This document shows, piece by piece, positions 1-11,053 of a stretch of DNA of 48,818 nt. The notes under the pieces are model-generated. The model was not told the DNA's origin, did no database searches, and saw only the letters and a program-made list of their open reading frames with translations. The first letter of the stretch is position 1. Every line of letters starts with the position of its first letter. Origin of the DNA: Candidatus Bipolaricaulota bacterium (GTDB lineage Bacteria; Bipolaricaulota; Bipolaricaulia; UBA7950; UBA9294). Location: the NCBI GenBank assembly GCA_040752575.1, contig JBFMGK010000038.1, positions 1 through 48,818 of the forward strand. Direction: 5' to 3'. A program made the translations under genes and the position numbers.

Positions 1-383
1 AGGAGGCCGCCTGTCGCGAAGATCTCGACGGCAATCCAGCCGAGTTCCGGCGACGGCGCGCGTCGGACGCAGCGAGGGCCGGAGATCGCCAGGGCGAGTA
101 ACTGGTGGCCGAAGCAGCTTCCGAGAATTGCGAGACCCAGGTCGGCCGCCTGGCGCACGGCGTCGGCCTCGGCGGCAATCCACGGCTCGGACGAGCCGGC
201 GGCGGAGGCTTGCGATCCCGTGATCAAGAGGTGGGTGTAGCCGCGGAGCGCGGGGATGGGCTCGCCGAGCGGGACCCTGACGGCGTCGAACGCGATGCCG
301 GCGAAGTTCCGCGTCCATTCCTCAACCGGACGATAGCGAGTCGGATCGAGCGTGTTGTCGAAGACCAGAAGCCGAGGAATCAT
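1..383 (-). CDS. Class I glutamine amidotransferase-like protein (3' end outside window)
   Basis: Not in the ORF track. Manual translation from the ATG at 383 (GGAGG just upstream) gives MIPRLLVFDN...HLLITGS...AILGSCFGHQLLA...PELGW, containing the GATase1 GxCxGHQ nucleophile motif. Confidence 0.85.
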   Translation of the reverse strand, partial: MIPRLLVFDNTLDPTRYRPVEEWTRNFAGIAFDAVRVPLGEPIPALRGYTHLLITGSQASAAGSSEPWIAAEADAVRQAADLGLAILGSCFGHQLLALAISGPRCVRRAPSPELGWIAVEIFATGGL

Positions 384-440
384 GCCTCCAGGGTATGCGG
401 CCGGGGCGCGCCGATCAACGGCCGGGGTCGTGCGGGATCG

Positions 441-1301
441 CTACCACAGAGCTTGGGCCACGGACTTCTCCAGCTCTGCCTCGGTCTCGTCGTCGAGGAG
501 CCAGAGGAAGTCGAGTCCGGTGAGCGCCTCGAGTTCGTCGATGCTCGTCAAGTACGCGGCAAGGCGCTCCTTACGCGTAGCCGTCGTGCGCTCGGGCACT
601 TCGTGCGGCATCCGGAACGCGAGGGCCCGCGGGATCCCGCCTTCCAGGTCCACGACGATGGCGTAGAACGCGTCGGGAATCTCGACCGGCTTCTGCGGCC
701 GGCTGACGTAGTCCGGTTCCTTCGTCAGGAAGGCCCTTCCGTTTCCGTCGTCGAAGATCGGACCGACCGTTACCCAGACATCTCCGAGGGTCTGGCTGTA
801 CTCCTCACGGAGGACGTCCTCGAGGTCGCCCCAAATCCCGTCATTCAACGCATGAAGTTGCGGCGACGCGTTACTGAGACGATAGGTCTCGGCGGCCGCC
901 TCCTGCCCGAAGCAGCGTAGGATCGCGGCCCGCGGAGCCATGTGGCCGCGGTCGTAGTCGCCCGCGGTGTGCGCGTAGTCGGCATCGGCAACGCGCGCCG
1001 TCGTCCGCGGGTCGACCCTCCACGAGACCGACTTCCACGTCTCGCCGACGATCGTCGCGTCGACGCGATAGCAGGCCCAGAGGGGGTTCATGCGCGTGTC
1101 GCTGTAGCCGACCACGAACGCCCGGCTCGGCAACACCACGAACTCGGCCGCCGCGAGACCGCCGAGCATGTCGGTCGCGAGGGGAATGCCGCCGTAGACC
1201 AGTTCGGTCGTCGCTGCGGTCGCAGGGATGGCGAAGGCGCAGATCGCGATCGTGGCGAGTCCTACCCAACACCGCCAACCTGTCGGAAGGGAGCCCGACA
1301 T
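441..1301 (-). CDS. Secreted DNA/RNA non-specific endonuclease (NucA/EndoG family)
   Basis: Signal-peptide-like N-terminus; YDRGHMAP motif; downstream SNASPQ..LNDGIWGDLE; C-terminal IDELEALTGLDFL. Confidence 0.92.
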   Translation of the reverse strand: MSGSLPTGWRCWVGLATIAICAFAIPATAATTELVYGGIPLATDMLGGLAAAEFVVLPSRAFVVGYSDTRMNPLWACYRVDATIVGETWKSVSWRVDPRTTARVADADYAHTAGDYDRGHMAPRAAILRCFGQEAAAETYRLSNASPQLHALNDGIWGDLEDVLREEYSQTLGDVWVTVGPIFDDGNGRAFLTKEPDYVSRPQKPVEIPDAFYAIVVDLEGGIPRALAFRMPHEVPERTTATRKERLAAYLTSIDELEALTGLDFLWLLDDETEAELEKSVAQALW

Positions 1302-1510
1302 CTCGCACCACCCCGCGGCAGGCTAGTACGAGAACCCGCTCAAGACTAGAGGAAAGAGGCAGAGAGGAACGTACAGCGAAAGAGATGCAGAACGAGTAGA
1401 AAAGAACATCGTCCGCACGACGCACGCAACCAAAGAGGCGGACGCCGCGCCCCTGCCGCTCTGAGACGAGACGTCCGCCGCGATCGGCCGAGTTCTCAGC
1501 GCCGGGTCGG

Positions 1511-2893
1511 CTAGGGCGAAACGGGCCAGGTTGGCGTGTCCCAGAACGCGTTGACGTCCACGGCCCCGTTCTGCGTGAGTCGCGTCGCCGCTGATCCGTC
1601 GGCGTTCATCCGGTAGATCTCCACGTCTCCGTCGCGCGTTGTCGCAAACACGATCTGCGCTCCGTCCGGCGACCAGCTTGGACCCCAGTCCTCGTCGGCC
1701 GAGTTTGTGAGCCGGGTGGTCGACGTGCCCGTGAGCGCGACCTTGTAGATCTCGGTGTTGCCGTCTCGTCCACTCTGGAACGTGATCCAGTTGCCGTCCG
1801 GCGACCAACAAGGCATGGAGTCTTGCGCGACGTGATCCGTGAGTCGCACTTGCCCTGAACCGTCGCCGTTCATCACGTAGATCTCGGGATTTCCGTCGCG
1901 CGACGACTGGAACACGATCTTCGATCCGACCGGCGACCACATCGGGTAGAGATCGTCCTCGGGGCTGTTGGAGAGGCGGGTCACGTTGTCGCCGTCGGCG
2001 TCCATCGCGTAGATCTCTCGGCCGAGGTCCGGAGGCGACGCAAGGATGACGATCCCGCTCGTGTCGCGATCGGTTTCGAAGACGATCCTCTGGCCGTCGG
2101 GAGACCACGACGGACTCGTATCCCACGCCGGGTTCTGGGTCAGGTTGGTCTGCCCGCCGCCGTCGGCGCGCATCACGAAGATCTCGAGGTTGTACCCTGG
2201 CAAGATGAGCTTCGGCGTGGCCGATAGGAGCGGGGGGGACGTGCTCTCGCGGTCGGTCACAAACGCGATCTTCGCCCCGTCGGGCGACCAGCGCGCGAAG
2301 CCGTCGTAGCCGGCGTCCTCGCTTCGATTGGTCTGCTCAGTCCCGTCGGCGTTCATCGTGTAGATCTCCCAGTTTCCGTCGCGGTTCGTCTCGAACGCGA
2401 TCTTCGTTCCGTCGGGCGACCAGACGGGGCCGCTGTCGAGGCCATCGTGGTTCGTGAGGTTGGTCGGCTGCGAGCCGTCGGGGTTCATCACGTAGATCTC
2501 CGCGTCGCCGTCGCGGTCTGTCTCGAACAGGATACCGCGCAGGACGGTGAACGTTCCCGAACCCAGGAGGACGCCGCCGCGGCGGACCTCCACGACGGCG
2601 GCGCGTCGTCCGGTGGGCGTGGCCACGACGGGAACGCGAACGACGAGGTTCGTGTCGGTCCATGTCTCGATCGCCGCCTCGACTCCATCGAAGGTTACGT
2701 CAACGTCGACGGCGGGGGCGCCGAACCCCTCGCCGACGATCGTGATCAGCGTGTGAACGGCCGACGCGAGCGGCGCGAAGCCGACCGTCGGGGGAATGGG
2801 GACCTCGGGGGGCCGCAGCCAGTCGCAGCTCACCAGTCCGTAGGCCAACGTCAGCAGAACCAGGCAAACGAGGACAAGTCGTCGGGTGTTCAT
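1511..2893 (-). CDS. Lipoprotein with IPT/TIG-like domain and TolB-like PD40 beta-propeller
   Basis: Lipobox LVSC; ITIVGEGFG...WTDT IPT-like segment; repeated WSPDG.KI.F..RDG..EIY.MNADG units. Start at 2893 chosen for RBS spacing. Confidence 0.88.
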   Translation of the reverse strand: MNTRRLVLVCLVLLTLAYGLVSCDWLRPPEVPIPPTVGFAPLASAVHTLITIVGEGFGAPAVDVDVTFDGVEAAIETWTDTNLVVRVPVVATPTGRRAAVVEVRRGGVLLGSGTFTVLRGILFETDRDGDAEIYVMNPDGSQPTNLTNHDGLDSGPVWSPDGTKIAFETNRDGNWEIYTMNADGTEQTNRSEDAGYDGFARWSPDGAKIAFVTDRESTSPPLLSATPKLILPGYNLEIFVMRADGGGQTNLTQNPAWDTSPSWSPDGQRIVFETDRDTSGIVILASPPDLGREIYAMDADGDNVTRLSNSPEDDLYPMWSPVGSKIVFQSSRDGNPEIYVMNGDGSGQVRLTDHVAQDSMPCWSPDGNWITFQSGRDGNTEIYKVALTGTSTTRLTNSADEDWGPSWSPDGAQIVFATTRDGDVEIYRMNADGSAATRLTQNGAVDVNAFWDTPTWPVSP

Positions 2894-3190
2894 GGCCATC
2901 TCCCTTCTCCGAATCGATCGCCCGGCCCGGGAGTCGGGTCGGGAGGGCCTGAGGGGAGTCTAGCACGCAGCTGCCGGCGGAATGAACTCGGGGTCGGTGA
3001 CCGTGACGCCCTGTCAGGGTGCGGAAGCGATCGACGCGGCGTCGCGTCTTCTCTGCCGCGAGACGCGATCGGGTGCGCGCTGCTTGCCTCACGGGCGCCG
3101 AAGGGCGCAGGGCGATCGTGACGATTTGCCGTCGACCCGCGATCTCGCCATGCTTGCCGACGAGTCACTCGGCTTCGAGGGAGGTGGCGT

Positions 3191-4660
3191 ATGCGGAAGG
3201 CCTCGGCAGGTCTGCTCGCGGTTCTCTTCGTTCTCTGGAGTGGCACTGCGGCCGAATCCCCAGCGTTGTCGGACGATGGAGCGCTCTCCTTCTCCTCATG
3301 GGTGGTTGTGCAGAATCCGTCGGCGGACGCGGCGACCGTCGGAATTGTCTACGCGACGCCGTGCGATCCCGCGACGCCGGACTACACGGCCGTCGTGCCC
3401 TCGGTCGCAAGCGATGTGGTGTCGGTGGGTGAGGCCTTCCCGGGGCCGTGGGGGGCGGCGGCGATGGTTTCCTCTGATGTTCCCGTGGTCGCCACGCAGA
3501 CGTTCCTGTGGAGCGACGCGGGAGGATCGACGCAGTGGGCGTCGCACGGTGGAGGCGTTCCCGTGCCGTCGCGGACCTGGTACCTCGGCGAGGCGACGAC
3601 CTACGGGGAGTTCGAGAGCTACGTCTTCCTGTGGAATCCAGGTCCCGACACGGCCACGGCGCAGATCACGTATCTACTGCCCGGCGAGACGCGGACCGGT
3701 CCGCAGGTGACGCTGAACCCCACCGCCCAGAAGGAGATTCCGATGTCCGAGGCGGCGCCCGACGCGTGGAGCGCATCCGCCGTGGTGACCGCCGATGCTC
3801 CGATCGTTGCCTTCCTCTCGACGTACAACCAACGCGACGGGGCAAGCTTCCATCAGGCAGGGGTGCCCACGCCGGCGACATCGTGGTACCTCGCTGAGGG
3901 AACGACCGAGCCCTGGAGCGGGTTTGAGACGTGGATCGTCGTCCAGAACCCCAACGACACTCCGGCGACCGTGGGACTCGCGTTTCAGTCCGAGGGCGTT
4001 CTTCATCCGGGGCCGACGCAGACGATTCCGCCGATGACGCACGCTGCGTGGGCTGCGGCGGACAGCTTCCCGAATCGCATGCAGTTCACGACCGTCGTCA
4101 CGTCCGATGTCCCGGTTGTCGCAACCCAGACGCGAACTTGGGACAACCGACACGGCATCGATTCGACGCTGGGAGCACCGTCGCCGTCCAGTACGTGGTA
4201 TTTCCCCGCGGGACCGAGCCACACCGAGGCGGAGAGCTGGCTGGTCCTCATCAACCCGGGGAGCGAACCGGTTCGCGCATCGATCGACTTCCTGACCCCG
4301 GGCGGCCCATTCGGCGCGCCGCCACTCACGCTGGACCCGCTCGGCCGGGACTCGATCAGCCTGCCGCCCGAGGTCAACGGCCAGATGACATACTCGGTGG
4401 CGGTGACATCCGACACGCCGATTCTTGTCTTGCAGGGAACGTACTGGGAGACGGCTTCCGGGAGCCATCAGGACACGAGCTTCGGGGTCACGAGCCCGGC
4501 GACCACGTGGTACCTGCCACCGACGCCGCATCGCCCGCAGCCGATGGATTCGGGCTCCGCCGGGCAGACGGAGGACGGCGATCGAGACGGCGACGGAGTC
4601 CCGGATGGCGAGGATCTGTGCCCAGACTTTCCGGGGGCTCCCGCGACAAGCGGCTGCTAG
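3191..4660 (+). CDS. Secreted repeat protein (DUF5719-like) with C-terminal thrombospondin type-3-like Ca-binding motif
   Basis: RBS GGAGGT; signal peptide; about 4 repeats of WY(L/F)xE/AG...W(I/L)xxxNP; ends DGDRDGDGVPDGEDLCPDFPGAPATSGC. Confidence 0.75.
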   Translation: MRKASAGLLAVLFVLWSGTAAESPALSDDGALSFSSWVVVQNPSADAATVGIVYATPCDPATPDYTAVVPSVASDVVSVGEAFPGPWGAAAMVSSDVPVVATQTFLWSDAGGSTQWASHGGGVPVPSRTWYLGEATTYGEFESYVFLWNPGPDTATAQITYLLPGETRTGPQVTLNPTAQKEIPMSEAAPDAWSASAVVTADAPIVAFLSTYNQRDGASFHQAGVPTPATSWYLAEGTTEPWSGFETWIVVQNPNDTPATVGLAFQSEGVLHPGPTQTIPPMTHAAWAAADSFPNRMQFTTVVTSDVPVVATQTRTWDNRHGIDSTLGAPSPSSTWYFPAGPSHTEAESWLVLINPGSEPVRASIDFLTPGGPFGAPPLTLDPLGRDSISLPPEVNGQMTYSVAVTSDTPILVLQGTYWETASGSHQDTSFGVTSPATTWYLPPTPHRPQPMDSGSAGQTEDGDRDGDGVPDGEDLCPDFPGAPATSGC

Positions 4661-4672
4661 ATCGGAGGAAGC

Positions 4673-5092
4673 ATGTCGCTACGCCAGACGTATCTCAGCA
4701 GGAAGGACCAGCTGCCGGCAGGCGCCGAGGCCGTTCTCGTGATGCGCGGCCGCGGGAACGACGAACTCGCGCCGCCTCAGGAGCTGCTCGACGAGTTCAA
4801 CGCGTGGAAGGCCAAGTTCGCGCCGGACTCGGGGTATCCCACGGCGTTCCACTTCGCGTGGCAGAAGACCGACTACGAGCGCCGGTTCCGGGCCCACATC
4901 CTCGGCAATCCGAAGGCGGTGGCCAGGCTCGGCGAACTCGCCGCCCGCGCGACGTGTGGCGACGTCTTCCTGATCTGTTACGAGGGCGAAGACAAGCCGT
5001 GCCACCGCCGGCTCTTGCTGACCCTGGCTGCGGAGATGTTCGGCGCGGACGTCGACGCCTCGCCGCTTTCACCCGCGGACGGCGCGTCGTGA
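4673..5092 (+). CDS. DUF488-family protein
   Basis: RBS GGAGG; ELAPPQELL and LICYE.....CHRRLL motifs. Confidence 0.75.
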   Translation: MSLRQTYLSRKDQLPAGAEAVLVMRGRGNDELAPPQELLDEFNAWKAKFAPDSGYPTAFHFAWQKTDYERRFRAHILGNPKAVARLGELAARATCGDVFLICYEGEDKPCHRRLLLTLAAEMFGADVDASPLSPADGAS

Positions 5093-5145
5093 GTGTGGGC
5101 TCCGCGCTCCCCACGGAGGGAGGGGAGATGCCGAGAGGAGGATCC

Positions 5146-5712
5146 ATGAGACAAGCGATGTTCGAGGACGCCGTCCGCTTCCACGGGCACAGGTGCCCTG
5201 GGCTCGCGATCGGCTATCGGATGACCGTCGCCGGCCTTGAAGCGCTCGAGGCGGCCCGCGCGCTCGATGAGGAACTCGTGGCGATCGTCGAGAACGAGGC
5301 GTGCGGCGTCGACGCCGTCCAGTTCCTTGCCGGATGCACCTTCGGCAAGGGGAACCTCGTGTTCCATGACTACGGAAAGCCGGTCTATACGTTCTACTCG
5401 CGGGCGACGGGACGCGGAATCCGGGTGCTCGGGCACCTTCGCGGCCTCGACGCCGGCCTTCGCGACGACCGCGAGGCGAAGATTCGCTGGATTCTCGCGG
5501 CTCCCCAAGACGAAGTCGTCTCTTGCCGCGAGGTGGCGATCGACGAACCCGCCGAGGCGAGAATCCGCGCCTCGGCCGTCTGTGAGGCGTGCGGCGAACC
5601 GGTCATGGAGACGCGGCTTCTCGAGATTGACGGCCGGCGCCTCTGCACTCCGTGCGCGCAGGTGCAGGCCGACCGCGCCCACGCCACGGGCGACACGTAC
5701 TTCGGCCCCTGA
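5146..5712 (+). CDS. FmdE-family protein with C-terminal zinc finger
   Basis: RBS GAGGAGG; FHGHRCPGLAIGYR, CGVDAVQ..GCTFGKGNL, CEACGE...LCTPC. Corresponds to the 3' part of ORF 3931..5712. Confidence 0.9.
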   Translation: MRQAMFEDAVRFHGHRCPGLAIGYRMTVAGLEALEAARALDEELVAIVENEACGVDAVQFLAGCTFGKGNLVFHDYGKPVYTFYSRATGRGIRVLGHLRGLDAGLRDDREAKIRWILAAPQDEVVSCREVAIDEPAEARIRASAVCEACGEPVMETRLLEIDGRRLCTPCAQVQADRAHATGDTYFGP

Positions 5713-5781
5713 GGTCGCGCGGCCTTCCTCGTGCTGCTGGCGCCGTTGCCCCGGCACCGGGGCGGGGATAGGATCCCGGGC

Positions 5782-6492
5782 ATGGTCGGAACCTGGGTCA
5801 ATGTCGGCGCCGTCCTGCTGGGTTCATCCATTGGACTGCTTGCGGGAAAGAGGGTTCCCGAGCCGATCACGCGCTCGGCTACCGTGGCCATCGGCTTGGT
5901 CACGCTGGTCTTGGGGATCCAGCTCGCGTTGGGAAGCGAGAACGCGCTCGTTCTGCTGTTCGCGCTTCTCCTCGGCGGCGGGCTCGGCACGGCCTTGCGC
6001 CTCGAGGACCGGCTCGGGCGGCTCGGCGAGGCCAGCCAGCGCTGGTTCCCGGCGACGGTTCGCGGCTCGGTGCCGCAGGCGTTCGTCGCCGCGACGCTTC
6101 TGTTCTGCGTCGGGCCGATGGCCGTCTTGGGCTCGATCCGCGATGGGCTGTACGGCGACTGGCGTATTCTCGGACTCAAGTCGGTGATGGACGGCATCTC
6201 GTCGATCGGGTTTGTCGCGGGCCTGGGGCCGGGAGTCTTTCTTTCGGCGGCGAGCGTGCTCGTCTACCAAGGGGCGATCACGCTGGCGGCGCGATGGCTC
6301 ATGGTCCCTGGAGCGGGGGAGGCTCTTGCCCCGTCGCCGGCTCTTGTGGAGTTCAACGCGGTCGGCGGTGCGGTGCTCGTTGCTCTGTCGCTCAAGCTTC
6401 TCGGAATCCGCGACCTCAAGGTTGGCAACCTGTTGCCGGCGTTGGCGTTCGCCCCGGCTCTCGCGGCCCTCTACGCTGCGATCGCTGCCTGA
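5782..6492 (+). CDS. DUF554-family membrane protein
   Basis: GT.VN..A.LLGS.IG, LFCVGPMAVLGSI.DG, KSVMDG, VLVYQG, IKVGNLLPAL-like motifs; multiple TM segments. Confidence 0.88.
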   Translation: MVGTWVNVGAVLLGSSIGLLAGKRVPEPITRSATVAIGLVTLVLGIQLALGSENALVLLFALLLGGGLGTALRLEDRLGRLGEASQRWFPATVRGSVPQAFVAATLLFCVGPMAVLGSIRDGLYGDWRILGLKSVMDGISSIGFVAGLGPGVFLSAASVLVYQGAITLAARWLMVPGAGEALAPSPALVEFNAVGGAVLVALSLKLLGIRDLKVGNLLPALAFAPALAALYAAIAA

Positions 6493-6510
6493 CGAGGGGG
6501 ACGTCGCCGA

Positions 6511-8250
<1,740 letters not shown>

Positions 8251-8477
8251 ACGCTCCCCCTCGCTGCGCGTCAAGCTGCCGAGCGCAGCCCGGAAGTGTA
8301 CTTCACCTTCGAGCCATGCGCTTCCAAACGCCACAACAGCACGAACCGGAAGCTCGGGTTGTAGCTTGCGTGGGTCGCGAGCGAGCGCGAAGTGGGCGGG
8401 ACGCGCGGCGATTCGGTATCTTGATCCGCGGAGGGATTGCGGGAGTGAACACGAGGGATGCCTTGACAAGACGTGCG

Positions 8478-11003
8478 ATGACGTTGTGTGTAGCTGTTGC
8501 CGCGTTCGTTCTCGGGAGCGGCGGGCCCTGCGTCGGTGAGACGCGCACGGTGACCAGTGCGGCGGACGCGGGAGCCGGGACGCTGCGCCAAGTCATCGCC
8601 GACGCTGCCGCAGGGGACCGGATTCGGTTCACGCTACCGACTCCGACGACCATCACGCTCACGAGCGGCGAGCTCGTCGTGGACAAGGACCTGACGATCG
8701 ATGGACCCGGCGATGCGGCGCTCACCGTGGACGGCGGTGCGGCCCGCCGCGCCTTCTTCGTGGTTGCAGGCGTCGAGGCGTCGATCTCGGGTCTCACCGT
8801 GGCCCGCGGCCGCGATCCGGGCGCAGATGCAGGTGGCGGCGGGATTCGCAATGACGGGACACTGACGCTCGAGGACTGCACGGTGACTGCATGCTGGGCG
8901 GAGTTCCTCGGCGGAGGGATCTACAACACGGGAACCCTCACTCTGCGACGCTGCACGCTCGACGACAACGAGGCGGGTGGTTGGGGAGGTGGCCTGGATA
9001 ACGACGTCGGCGCGACGGCGACCCTCGTCGACTGCACGGTGCGTGCGAATCGAGCCACGCTCGCGCTGGCGGAAGGCGGCGGGATCTCGAACTACGGGAC
9101 CCTGGACGTGCTGGATTCGCGCGTCTGCGACAACATCGCGCAGGGAAGCGGAGGAGGCGTAGAGAACGACGGGACCCTCGCGCTCACCCGCTGCACCATC
9201 GAGGGCAACCGCGTTGTGGAGGATCAGGCTTTCGGCGCGGGGATTGCAAACTACGACGGCACGGCAACGGCGACCGACTGCACCATCGAGGGCAACCGCG
9301 CCGACGGCCCGTGGTCGGAAGGAGGCGGCGTGGGCAACGCAGACGGAGACATGACCCTTCTTCGCTGTACCGTCCGGAACAATGCCTCCGATGTCGACGG
9401 TGGAGGGATCGCCAATTTCGGGACGTTACTTGCCGAAGACTGCCTCGTCGAAGGCAACGTGGTGTCGGACTTCGGCGGCGGGCTGTATAACGAAGCCGAT
9501 GAACCCGGGGAGGAGGCGACGCTCCTCGGTTGCACAATTCGCGGCAACACCTCGAGCGTCGATGCCGTGGCGGGGGATTCGGAAGGCGGGGGAATCTGCA
9601 ACTACGGTGCGCTGACGGCACGCAACTGCACGATTTGCGAGAACGTAGCAGATCTCCTCGGTGGCGGGATCGAGAACGACGGGGAGTTGACCCTCGTCGG
9701 CTGTACGCTTCGCGACAACCGACTCACGGCTGCGGGTGGCTGGGGAGCCGGCGTCTGCAACTGGCTCGGAGTCGTCTCGGCGACTCACTGCACGGTCTCG
9801 GGGAACCAGGGCGAAGGGGCCGACTCGGAGGGAGGCGGTTTCACGGTCTCTGGCGGCCGGGTGGACCTCGTCTACTGCACGATCGCACAGAACAGCGCGA
9901 CGCTCCGCGGAGGCGGGGTGTTTGTGGAGAGCGGTACAGTGCGCGCGAAGGCCACGATTCTCGCCGGCAACGAGGCGCCCGCAGGGCCGGAGGCCTTCGG
10001 CGAGATCACCTCGCACGGGGACAATCTGATCGAGGACCCGAGCGACTGCGTCGTTCTCGGAGACGTCGCGGGGAACCTGTTGGGCGTGGACCCGCAGCTG
10101 TCGGAACTCGGCGATCACGGAGGCGAGACGGAGACACACGCCCTGGAGCGCGGGAGCCCGGCCCTTGACGCCGCAGGCTGCACGGACCTCGACGGCGATG
10201 CGGTGACGAGGGACCAACGCGGCGTCACGCGGCCGCAAGGAGCGCGATGCGACATAGGTGCCTACGAGCGAAGCCAAGCGCTGCCACCCATTGGGACGGG
10301 ATGCGGCGAGAACCGTCCGCCGGTTCCCTGTGCGGGACCTGACCAGCAGTCCACCGTCGGCGAACGAGTCGTTCTCGACGGACAAGCATCGTACGATCCC
10401 GATGAGGGGATTCCGCCGGGCCAGATCATGAGCGGCACGCCGCGCTATGTCCATCAGAACCGCGAAGATCTGAAGTTCCGCTGGGAGGTCGCGACGCTCT
10501 ACTACGCAGCGGGCGTGCCCGTGCTGGCCCAGCCTCACGGAGCGGACGTCGCAGCCTCTGCGGAGGGCTTCGACACAGCTGTGGCGTCGTTTGTGCCCGA
10601 TGTCCCGGGCGTCTACGCGTTGGACTTGTTCGTGACCGACGACTTCGGCGAGACGATGAGCGACCGGGTGACCATCACGTGCGCCCCGCGTGAGGACGGC
10701 GAGCTGCCGCCGGAGATTCCCTCGCCGTTCTGGTTTGAGCGATTCCTGGTCTGGCCGAACCCGTCCGCCGATCTTGTTCACTTCGGATTCGAAGGTCAGG
10801 GCACAGCGTCGCTCCGTGTCGTCGTTGTGGATCTCGCTGGGCGTGCGATCTGGGAAGAGCAGGCGAGCGGAGTCGCCGAGCTGACGTGGGACGGTTGCCT
10901 TGGCGGGGAGCGTCTGGCCGCCGGAGCCTACATCTACGTGATCGCCCTTGCGGCCGACGGGCAAGAGCGCCGCGAAACCGGCGTGCTGTTCCTGTCGCAC
11001 TAG
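8478..11003 (+). CDS. Secreted right-handed beta-helix (GGGI.N repeat, choice-of-anchor-Q-like) protein with PKD-like and C-terminal FlgD-Ig/T9SS-CTD-like domains
   Basis: VTS.AD.G.GTLRQ start; many GGGI.N.G repeats; SPALDA..DQRGV.RPQG..CDIGAYE; AGPDQ..V.LDG..SYDPD; C-terminal WPNP...DLAGR...WDG...AAGAYIY. A TTG start at 8463 is also possible. Confidence 0.8.
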   Translation: MTLCVAVAAFVLGSGGPCVGETRTVTSAADAGAGTLRQVIADAAAGDRIRFTLPTPTTITLTSGELVVDKDLTIDGPGDAALTVDGGAARRAFFVVAGVEASISGLTVARGRDPGADAGGGGIRNDGTLTLEDCTVTACWAEFLGGGIYNTGTLTLRRCTLDDNEAGGWGGGLDNDVGATATLVDCTVRANRATLALAEGGGISNYGTLDVLDSRVCDNIAQGSGGGVENDGTLALTRCTIEGNRVVEDQAFGAGIANYDGTATATDCTIEGNRADGPWSEGGGVGNADGDMTLLRCTVRNNASDVDGGGIANFGTLLAEDCLVEGNVVSDFGGGLYNEADEPGEEATLLGCTIRGNTSSVDAVAGDSEGGGICNYGALTARNCTICENVADLLGGGIENDGELTLVGCTLRDNRLTAAGGWGAGVCNWLGVVSATHCTVSGNQGEGADSEGGGFTVSGGRVDLVYCTIAQNSATLRGGGVFVESGTVRAKATILAGNEAPAGPEAFGEITSHGDNLIEDPSDCVVLGDVAGNLLGVDPQLSELGDHGGETETHALERGSPALDAAGCTDLDGDAVTRDQRGVTRPQGARCDIGAYERSQALPPIGTGCGENRPPVPCAGPDQQSTVGERVVLDGQASYDPDEGIPPGQIMSGTPRYVHQNREDLKFRWEVATLYYAAGVPVLAQPHGADVAASAEGFDTAVASFVPDVPGVYALDLFVTDDFGETMSDRVTITCAPREDGELPPEIPSPFWFERFLVWPNPSADLVHFGFEGQGTASLRVVVVDLAGRAIWEEQASGVAELTWDGCLGGERLAAGAYIYVIALAADGQERRETGVLFLSH

Positions 11004-11053
11004 CAGAGGAGGGATGAGGTCGCCGACCGCCCGTGCGGCCGCAGCGCGATGTC

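Noticed and set aside
1600..2530. Recurring DNA repeats such as GTAGATCTC and CGGCGACCA
   Set aside because: They encode PD40 protein repeats (EIY, WSPDG); not a CRISPR array or non-coding repeat.
3931..5712. Apparent 593-aa fusion ending in FmdE
   Set aside because: The upstream part is an off-frame shadow of the 3191 and 4673 genes; FmdE has its own RBS and ATG at 5146.
8830..9930. Periodic GGCGGCGGGAT-like repeats
   Set aside because: They encode GGGI.N beta-helix repeats.
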